A stretch of DNA of 52,572 nucleotides, filler included, from Streblomastix strix (Eukaryota), in NCBI GenBank assembly GCA_008636045.1. It is 2 parts of 2 records of this genome, joined end to end, with 100 filler letters (N's around TTAATTAATTAA, not from the genome) between each part and the next. Parts side by side here need not be neighbours in the genome. Positions count along the whole stretch, not along the records: positions 1 to 26,241 come from SNRW01000173.1; 1 more part is not named here. One strand, given 5' to 3'. This document shows, one piece after another, positions 14,771-24,367 of this stretch (position 1 is the stretch's first letter; each line of letters starts with the position of its first letter). A program made the position numbers and the translations under genes. The notes under the pieces were generated by a model that was not told the DNA's origin, did not search any database, and saw nothing but the letters and a program-made list of their open reading frames with translations.

Positions 14771-17700
14771 ATGGTATAAAAACGTGCTCAAAAACATATA
14801 GAATTTGTTAGAAATGCAATGTTATAATCAAGATCATTTGCATAACGAATAAGATAAGATGCTTAGATAGGCCTTCAAAATGAATAAATTATTGGTGATG
14901 CTTATGCTAAATAATTTATGCAAGAATAGAATAACAAATAGCAAATGAACGCTTAAGACGAATAGAGCAAACAGTACAATTAATAATGGGAGCAAATAGG
15001 GGAAGATTAGCGAGTCAGACATGCAAATTTATTAAAAGAAATTAAAGAATAAAAAATAAACCTTAAATAAAAATTGAATGAAGATGTATTTAAAAATGTT
15101 AAAGATGAAATAAAATAATTTAATGAAGAAAATGAGGGCAAGATTTTTAGGCCAATTGATGCTCTTAACGTCCTATAGAGCGCGATTATGTTATATGAGC
15201 TACAACTCGAATAAGAGTATGAAAGAAAAATAAATTTTGTGCGAAAATATTTATTGAATCAGCATGTAAAATATGACACATTTTATGTTCATACTATCAG
15301 CCCAACAAAAGAATATTATAAAAATGATTTGAAAACGATTGAAGATGTCGATGCTTATTTAGATGAAATATATCAAAAAAAATAAAAATTTGCTTTCAAA
15401 ATTGCATTTGATTTTGGAGTTATTATTGAACGAGTTGATGGCTAGGAAAACGATTAATAAATAACTTATAAAATTAATCATCTCCTTGAAGCTAAAACAG
15501 AGATGAGAGCTCCAACGACTATACGCACCCACTTAGATTTAGCTGAGTATAAAAGATTCATTAGAAACCACATTATTCAAATGTAAGAGAAAACCATCAT
15601 GGACACCAAAAAGAAAATAGTAGGTATATTTGCAATAATGATTTAGGTGTTTAGACTACCACATGCAGGAGCTGGAGGCGGTCGAACAATACCATCATTA
15701 AAGAAGCATATTTTGAGGCGAGAGATTCGATATATTGACCCTGAGAAAAATAATTAAAATTTATGTTTCTTTCTAGCTTATTCATTTATTACGATGCCAG
15801 ATATAAAAGCAGAGGGTTCAGTGGCGGCCAAACGTCATAAGGAACATTCACGTATTGCTGAAACTAAACGATTATTTTAAAGAATCAATGGCAAGAAAAT
15901 AGGTGATAATTATAATGGGTTTAATTTTGCAACAGAAGCAGATTAATTTATTTAGAATGAAAATTTAAATATAATTTTGTTCGCTTATGAAGATACAACG
16001 GCAACCTCAACGACAGCATCAGCCAATTCTGAAAGTTATTGTTTATGAAAGCAATATAGAAGAAACGAACAGAACGAATAAACTAAAGATTTTAATATTC
16101 TTTTAATAACCGATACATTTAACGAATTATAAACAGCTCACGTTTTTTATATAAATGATGTTGAGGCACTGACTTGTTTAAAATATTGTCCTATCTGTGG
16201 TGTGCAGGCTTATAAGACCAGAGATTCAAATTTATAATCAAAGCTACAAAGGCATATATAAAAATGGTAAAAAAATGGAGGAAAGATGATAAAAAAAGTA
16301 TATTTAGAAAAATTTCCAAGGCCATACGTTTCACATATATTGAATAATATTAGCTATAGGTATCTTCTGGCGCATGGTCGAGAGGATGAATTTAAACCTA
16401 CTAAATATTATATAACTTATGATATTAAAACCATTGAAAGAATCGTCAATGAATAATTTGGTGATAATTCAACATAAATTTCAATACATGAACCTCTTTC
16501 GATTGCAAGCACAATAAAAATAAAAAATAAAAAAAAATCGAAGTTGATGAAGTAGGTTCTGATGATCAAATTTATTCGATTTACTTTGACATACGAACCC
16601 CTACCTTTATTAATGAATGGATTAAATAATTGTTTAAGGAAGCCAGAAAAGTTATAGATTAAAACAAATATGAAGATGAGACGATACCATAGCATTATGA
16701 GGTTCCTGTAATTGGCTTCAATTCTTCAAAATTCGATGTGGCTCTAATTCTTAAAAATTTATAAAGCGATGAATAGCAAATCATAAAATATCTTGGTAAT
16801 AGTTCAAACGCTAAATAAATCATTGTTAAACATAACATATCAGGAATTAAATCAAGATTCATCGATGCAATGATTTATTCAACAAAAATGAAATTTAAAT
16901 AATTTATAAAAGATTTCACACCTAAAGCGTCTGCAACAACAACGTAAACATCAACGGAAACGTCAGCAACAGCATCAGCAATTCAATCGAAGTTAAAGTT
17001 TCCTTTTGAATTCATCAACTTCGACAATTATAATGAAATATTAAATAATCCTTAACCATTTCCCTAAGAAACATTTAATAATACAATTAAAAATAAAAAT
17101 ATAAGTGAAGAGAAATATTTAAATTATTTATCTATTGCTTAGTAATTTTCGAACAGGTAGGACTACCTGCGACACTACAACTTTTAAGATACTCGATTAA
17201 TGATTAAGCCGCTCGATTACTTAATTGAAATGTTCTTTAATTATAAAATTGACATGCTGTAGTTTATGTCATTGTCAGCATGCGCTAATGCAATTAAATA
17301 TGCTCTTGCATATTTCGACATTAAACTGGATTAAGATTACACGCCAAAAGATGATTGTGCTTCATTTGTGCTTACCTAAAATTATTGGAATATTAAAGTT
17401 TAAAATTATCAGGAATAAGATAAAAAAAGAAATAGAGATCCAAGCAACAACATCAAAGAATCAGATTGTGCGTTCTACAGAAAATTATTTCTATCGACAG
17501 GATGCCATATTTGTAAGGCACGATTCACAAGCAAGAATCCACCAACATTAGATAGAATCAATAATGACAGGGGCCATTCTGCAGAAAACGTGAAACCGTG
17601 CTGCTTATTCTGTAATAAATTTAAATCAAATATTGACGAAAATTTAACAAGATTATTAATACAATTAAAAAATTTCTGCTATTGTAAAAATTTACCAATG

Positions 17701-19351
17701 ACTATAACCGATGAAGAAGTTTATTAAATTTTACGTTCTGGTATCACAGGTGGATTATCATAAGTCATGCATCGCTATAATGTTGCAGGTGAAACTAAAA
17801 TCAATTAATTAAAATTTATTAATGGAAAAGTCATCAGCTAAGACACAGACCACATTATGACCCATCTATTAAGACTTGATTTCAACTGCTAATATCCTAG
17901 CGTTATGAGCTCAGAGCCGCATAAGTTCATCAAATATGCGGGCGGCCGTATGTTCATGGCGGGGCAAATATTAGATAAAATTACTGATAAATAATCAGCA
18001 AGAAATTTAATTTATAATCCTCTGCGATTTAATGATGTTGAAGGAAAGCCCTTATTTATCGCAGTTATTAAAGGGCACATCGACGAATAACATGTAAATG
18101 ATTTCATTAATTTTCTTCCTATATTAAGAAACATAAATATTAAGACTGATTAAAAAACGTTATGGTCTTATATGTATAATCTGCAGCTGAAAAATAATAT
18201 TTTGCACGGTAAAATTGAACGAAAATTAATAAATTTATCATCGACACATGGGTGGTTCATGTCGTTCAATAATTATTATTAATAGCTTCTCATTGATGAA
18301 TTTCATTTCATTATTGACGATATTTAATGTGTTATAACATTCTCGAAGCACGATAGATTCAATTCATTTGTTTACGAATTCATAAATCAAAGAATATAGG
18401 CCATAAATGAAAAAAATAATGGAAAATAATAGTTCTAAAATTTGCTATGAACTCAAGCTATAGAAGTTATGGAATGAATTAAGAAAAAAATTTACAAACG
18501 AAATTGTTGAGCACTGATAGGACGTGGTTGTCTCATCTCTAAGGTTCATTCATTAATGATTAATAATTAACAGTGGATTTTTACGCTGTATAATTTAATG
18601 CTGAGAGCAGCAACTACAACACCTGCCTACATTCTGCGTATTTCGTTCCTGATAATAGCAAATATTGGTATATAAATTTTATCTATAATTTTATGGCCAA
18701 AGCTTTCGATATGAACAGAATGCATTATATCTGTGTAGATACTGACTCGATGACATGTCCCTTTAATGGAAGAAGCTTAACGATGTAAGGAGCAACCGCT
18801 AATGCTGCCATTGATGCTTAAGGATAATCATAATTCGCCGAGGAGGGATACAGATAGAAGTTTAAATACGTAATAAAAATCAATAGTTCTTCGATGAAAA
18901 TTATCCTCCTTTCCGCGATTAATAAGAACAATTATTCGGAGTCAGTTATGAGGAAAAAGGAACGGCTTGTTTTGTTTTAGCTCCAAAAATTCATTACATT
19001 AAAAATATTCTACCTAATGAGAATGAAAAGGATTATAATTATTGTTTAAAAGGAATAAATTAAAAATAAATTGAATAATTAAACGATAAAGCATTCAAAA
19101 AATCATTAAATGGCGAATAAATTTAAGCTCAAAATATTATTCTCGGTTAAAGAAGTAAATAATTGTCAAAAATACAAATAAATAAAGTTGGTTTAATATC
19201 AATTCATAATAAAATTGTTTTACTGGAAAATTAGTGTTATGCATTATTTCAATATATTAATGGATAACAATTGAGTTCAGATTATTGTATACTCGAGAAA
19301 AATAACAGCAAAAACTTTAATGAATTAATTGAAAGAGGTACGGATTAATGA
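14771..19351 (+). pseudogene. polB: Protein-primed family-B DNA polymerase (Polinton-type) with internal HNH-like domain; disrupted
   Basis: Code-6 translation gives NLCFFLAYS (N-terminal region), a CPIC..RH zinc finger, ExoI YITYDIKT (~16418), ExoII IGFNSSKFD (~16711), ExoIII YLRHYNFQD (~17164), SGITGGLS, motif A LDFNCQYPSVM (~17875), motif B K-FAMNSSYRSYG (~18438), motif C YICVDTDS (DTDS at 18738), then LAPKIHY and LKGI. Lesions: in-frame TGA at 16046 and -1 frameshifts near 16537, 18438 and 18878. The start codon is tentative. Confidence 0.92.
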
Positions 19352-19447
19352 TTCGTTAATGAATTGCTTTTGACTGGACCGAGTGAATGGTATGGATTGA
19401 GTCGAGATTTTTACAAAAATCTGTGACCAACAGGACAATTGGCCAAT
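19311..19447 (+). repeat. Diverged internal inverted repeat A, upstream of the integrase (mirror 6795-6931)
   Basis: Aligns by eye at roughly 75% with the reverse complement of 21443-21581; shared blocks aaaacWttaatgaa, tgactgga, tggattgagtc, ggacaaYtggccaat. Confidence 0.8.
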
Positions 19448-19506
19448 TTGTTAATTGATTTCGTCGGTGAATTGAATAAAAATTGTTTTATTTTTGTAAG
19501 AAATAA

Positions 19507-20895
19507 ATGTAAAACGAAAATAGTTTGAATGAGGATATACTTAGGACTTTTGCAGGTGAATAATATCGAAGAGAAGAATATGAATTTGAAGTATAATATG
19601 ATATAGATGATAAAGCATATAAAGTTCATTATAAAATGAGTCTATCAGAGTTCATAAAAATTATCTTAAGAATTGTAAAGGAGAAATATATTGATGTTAT
19701 GGCAGAAAATGCTGATGAATTAGTTATTGGAAAAAAAACAGTTGCAAATTGGTACTATTATTATGTTTCAGATTAGTCGTAATATGATCCAGTAAAATAA
19801 AAGAATAAATAAAAAAATAAACAATTGGATATAAGCTTTCAATCATCCAGCCAATAATCCGCACCCATTTAAAGTGGTGATGAGGAATATATAACCTATT
19901 TATCTTACAAAACAAAATTAAAATTGTTTGAAATAATCAATAAATAAAAATATATTTTAAATTAAAAAGGTGAATAATTACCGATGAAAATTATAAATTA
20001 AAACCATTAAAAAGACTACGACGGCCTTATTTCTCTCCAAAGTTAAGAAGTTGAGAAATAAATACGGTCTTTTTTGTTGATTAAGACTTGAAGGAAAACA
20101 ACGATGAATAAGATGAAGCCATCTTTGATTATGATTAATTATTAAATGAGTGAGAAAGGAGAAGAAAAACGCATTTACATCTATTTTGCATAATCATTAA
20201 TACGAAATGTTTAGAGGCATATCCTTCGATAAATAAATCAGCTGCATGCATAGTTGGATAATTGTAAAAATTAATAAAAAACTATTACGTAAATAATAAT
20301 CGTGGTGATGGAGAAAAAAGATTTAATGGTTCTTATTTTGTTCATAGAATAAAATATTGGATATTTCACTGATTCAAAATTCATTAATCATAATAGAATT
20401 GTCGATTCAGTTATTCGAACAATAAGGAATGTGTTTGGTTATAAATTTAATTAATTTTCAACGAACAAATAATTGAAAATATTCGTTGATATATGCAATA
20501 ATACACCACATCTAGCGTTTCAAAATAAATATAGTCCATATTAAGTACAATTTTTAAGAGATTTAGAAGGATAATAAATACGTTCATAAATGAAAAAATT
20601 GGAGAGATATTTAGCAAAACTACAATAACAGAGCATAATATCATTTAATACTGGAAGTATAATTCAAATACATCTTGATTTCTAAAAAATATAATAAAAA
20701 TTTATAAAATATAGGATAAATTTTAATTAGTTAGCAGAGTTCATTCGATACGTAAATGGTAACGTTTTATGCAAATTATTAAATCATTCTTATAAAATAA
20801 ATATAATCAAAATACCTTCATATTATTGTAAATATGTAAGTGAAAATAAAGAATCTATACCAGAATATTATGAAACAGAGTTTTTATTTAGATGA
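19507..20895 (+). pseudogene. Retroviral-like (rve/c-integrase) integrase; disrupted
   Basis: Motifs RRPYFSPKLRS*EINTVF, LFCIIINTKCLEAYP..NKSA, RGDGEK (D at 20307), NHNRIVDSVIRTIRN (D at 20404) and CNNTPH follow the rve core order. In-frame TGAs at 20052 and 20151; frameshifts near 19950-19977 and 20330-20360. Confidence 0.82.
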
Positions 20896-20948
20896 AATAA
20901 AAATAAAAATTTATTTATATATTTTTCAATTTCTTTATTTAATTTAAA

Positions 20949-21293
20949 ATGGCAGATAATCAAGCAATCAATGAATCAACATAAACGGAATCAACAGCTT
21001 CAGCGAAATAAGGAAGACCAAAGAAATATACTGATAAAGAATAGGCAACGATTGCTGCTAGAGAACAACGCAAAAATGCACGAATTAGATAAAAATAAAA
21101 TTAAACAAATTATGCTTCAAAAATAAATGATATGTAATTATTAATATTTAAAAAACTTAAAAAAATAATCTTAAATATTAATGATTTGATAACTGTAAAT
21201 GATTTAATTAAAAAATTTGACAATAAAAAAGACACAAACGAAGATGCTAATGAAGACAACAACGAACAAATCAACGATGACATTAACATTTGA
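20949..21293 (+). CDS. 114-aa AT-hook-containing putative DNA-binding protein
   Basis: Intact ATG-to-TGA frame in code 6: MADNQAINESTQTESTASAKQGRPKKYTDKEQATIAAREQRKNARIRQK...; GRPKK core, then a basic helix and an acidic tail. Confidence 0.75.
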
Positions 21294-21442
21294 ATAAATT
21301 TATTATTTTTCTCAGTTATTGGCCATTTCATTAAATTCGACTCAATCCATTAAATCCACTCAATCTAATTAATTGGCCAGCCTATAAAATATCAATAAAA
21401 TTATGTTTAAAATGCTTAGGTTTTTATCAATGTTTCTCATCT

Positions 21443-21581
21443 ATTGGCCAGTTGTCCAGTTAGCCATAGCTTTTTATAAAAGTTTTTGACTCAATCCACC
21501 CAATCCACACGATCCAGTCATAAGCCATTTATTATCTGTTCCATTTCTTCGTGCCAATTTCATAAATTTCATTAATGTTTT
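21443..21581 (-). repeat. Diverged internal inverted repeat B, downstream of the AT-hook gene (mirror 4661-4799)
   Basis: Partner of 19311-19447. A partial third copy lies at ~21317-21362. Confidence 0.8.
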
Positions 21582-22579
21582 ACGGCTTAATCCATCCAAT
21601 CCACCATATACATATTTATATATATACATATATACATATATATATTATATATTCAATTATTTATAGGTTTCACTAATGAATTCACCAATAATTTTAGGTT
21701 TCCGAATATAATTAGATTCAAATGTTCAAATCCAATAATCAATTCTATCAATTTTCCTATGTAGTTATGAGAATATGAAGAGAGCCATACGTTCAAAAAT
21801 CATACATCATTAATCAATTCATTAAGCAACTTCATTAATCAATTCCAATAATTATATTCAATATCATATAATCATTAATTTTTAATCAAGTGTATATTAT
21901 TATTTTACATTAAATATTTATTATTATTTATTATTATTATTTATTTTCATTATTTTATATTCATTATTTTATTTAACATTATTTATTTTACTTTTCTATG
22001 TGGGGTACTGTCCATATTCTCATATCTACTCTCCTTTTTCACATAACTACTGATATTGTATATTATTGATCAGAAATGTAATAAATATTATTCAATAATT
22101 GAGAATTAATTTACAAGAATCTATACAATTTGTGAAATTATAGAAAGATTATGCAATTTTAACATTAGAAAAATTCTTACTGTTTAAAATTGATGTTGTA
22201 TAATCATGATTAATGAAAAGTCTTTCACTCCTATTACTAGTTTAATTGGGACGAATTAGTGCTATAAAAATAATATTTTGAAAATAATTAAAAAAAAAAC
22301 TGAAACTTCAATGATGGACCAAATTTTTATTAAAATAATAATAATTTTGAAAATCAATCAATATAATATATTAAAATAATAAAAATATCTAGTTCAAAAA
22401 TATAATTTAAAATCTTAATTAATATAATAAATGATTACTCAAAAGAAAAATAATTTGAATTTTAATCAATATTTTATTGAAAAATTGATAATACAAATCT
22501 GAGTGAAATTTATAATGAATTATAAAAATTAATCATTTGTAACAAATTGATATATATCACACGATATTCTACGTCTAAA

Positions 22580-22652
22580 GCGTCAAAAGCAAAATTGGCT
22601 TTGCGTGAGATTGCAGATCTTAAGGTTGTGGGTTCAAGTCCCACTTGGCGCT
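22580..22652 (+). tRNA. trnC: tRNA-Cys(GCA), atypical A8 and U21
   Basis: Cloverleaf: GCGTCAA/TTGGCGC acceptor stem, GCAA/TTGC D stem, TGAGA-TTGCAGA-TCTTA anticodon arm, GTGGG-TTCAAGT-CCCAC T arm, U73 discriminator, followed by a T-run (Pol III terminator). Confidence 0.88.
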
Positions 22653-22878
22653 TTTTTATTTAATCATAATAAAATACTATTTTATACAACGATGTATATT
22701 TGCAATTTTCTATTTTTTTAAAAATCTGAACTGCTATTTATGGCTTAAAATGCATTTTACAGAAAAATGTATAACAAATCGCGCTATTTATAAATAGACC
22801 AGGTGTGTAATACATTAATTTTACTTGCAATTACTTATTTAATACTCATTTGATAGTAAAGGCACTAAATTGACCACG

Positions 22879-23649
22879 ATGAATACCACTGCGTTGCAGC
22901 AGGAGAATGCCAATCTTAAACAACAAATTTCCCAGATACAGCAGGAGAATGAGGAACTTCGAACAAATGGAATGCACACCTTCTCCTAATTTATTATTAT
23001 CTCCAATCCTCACTACCATACACTCAATTATCCCAGCCGTATAACCGCAGGAAACGTAATATATAAACATAGACCTGTCTCAATCACCAGTACCATTCCA
23101 TTAATTACACGATTCATAAGAAACTATGATGCAAATAGACGATAACTGCAATGAATACCGAACGTCAGATAATGTCCATAAAAACATCGAACGTGTGAAT
23201 CAAATCATTGAGGATAAATATGAACATGCCCAATAATAAATAGAAGCAAGTTTAGCCAGAGTAGAATAAAAGACCACCGCTTTGAGATAACAATCTCTTT
23301 TCTAACGATTACACACAACACGTAATGCTTCAGCTGTTGTATTTCCGCATGTTCAAACTAAAGGAAAAAAAGATGCTCGATAACCTACTCCTGAAGGTTT
23401 ATAATATGTAGAATAGTGTAATATAAATATTATTTATATTTTGCAATTTTTAATACATATACATTTATAGGATACTGGGACTTGAAGATGGGAACATAAG
23501 AATAAACACCACAAGTTGGTCGAAATAGTGCATATAAATCAGTAGCGAGATCAAAAAGTGCTCCAATGCGAATTGATGATTCTGATCCAGGAGAAAATAC
23601 TGAGGATATATTTGCAAGTAACACAATGATGAGAAAAAGTAGATATTGA
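22879..23649 (+). CDS. Coiled-coil protein with CtIP/Ctp1-like C-terminal motifs; frameshifted near 22960, possibly a pseudogene
   Basis: MNTTALQQENANLKQQISQIQQENEELR, then a frame change; an ORF from ATG 22967 with a GT-AG intron at 23397-23470 gives ...FPHVQTKGKKDARQPTPEG/YWDLKMGTQ... and ends at TGA 23647-23649. The family call rests on recalled motifs only. Confidence 0.45.
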
Positions 23650-24311
23650 GTTGGAAAAAATAATAATTGTATTATAATAAAAAAACTTTTTTTCCTGCTC
23701 AATTATATCATATTTTATCAAATGTGAATTAACCAAACCTTAAAATGAGCCAGTCTACCATATTTTACCAAATTCATCTTTACTAAAAAAAAATAGTTTG
23801 CTTAGGCTGGCGAATTATTTTTGATTTTTGTAAAATCAAAATTGTACGCGCTATTATGGGCATGCAACTAAACAACTATCACTTTCCCAATATTTTTAAC
23901 TATTACAATAATATTCCATTTAGTATATAATATCGAAATTGATCTTAATCATAGATCGATTTTTGTCGAATTCCTGCTCATTTACTGTTTATTTTGCAAT
24001 AAAATCAAGAATATAAACACCAAATCCTGAGATAACGTTTGTGTACAATTTTGTATTTCTATATATTAAAGCTCAAACAATAACTAATTTTAGTTTTTTT
24101 CCAAAACAAAACCCTGTATTTCTATACTCCAAATGAACCCAGAACAATATAACTTACATTTCTAAATAATTACATGAATAAATATAAAAATAAATATAAA
24201 AATGGACCAAAATTTACCAATCCTCCCCCAATATATAACAATAAAAATATAAAAAAAGGACTTATTTTCTCCACCCCCCACCCCCCCTATCTCCCCCCCA
24301 ACCTTTTCAAC

Positions 24312-24367
24312 GGCCGAGCGTCGCATTGCAGATACTATGGTGAAAATATCAACTCGTTTATAGTGCT
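24312..24367 (+). pseudogene. Degenerate 5'-truncated tRNA-Cys remnant (mirror 1875-1930, minus strand)
   Basis: Gap-free colinear match to the last 56 nt of the tRNA (ggc..gcgt..attgcagat..ggt..tcaa.tc..gct), and the next ~135 bp match the tRNA's 3' flank up to cgcgctat. The stems no longer pair. Confidence 0.65.

Larger units (their letters stand above)
13442..22363 (+). mobile_element. Decayed Polinton/Maverick-like element, right-arm mirror copy
   Basis: Mirror of 3879-12800. On the + strand the gene order is pPolB (14771-19351), integrase (19507-20895), AT-hook protein (20949-21293). Confidence 0.85.

Noticed and set aside
16046..20153. TGA read as Trp (all three stops reassigned)
   Set aside because: In the stretches I translated, host genes have no in-frame TGA and end in TGA. 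The genes with internal TGA also carry frameshifts and catalytic-site mutations, so they are pseudogenes.
21676..22193. TGA-free frame of ~170 codons next to the outer TIR
   Set aside because: Dominated by tat/att low-complexity sequence and runs into the TIR; expected by chance with a single stop codon.
13442..22363. Two independent insertions of the element
   Set aside because: The second copy, with its lesions and flanking host DNA, mirrors the first; it is one locus duplicated by the palindrome.
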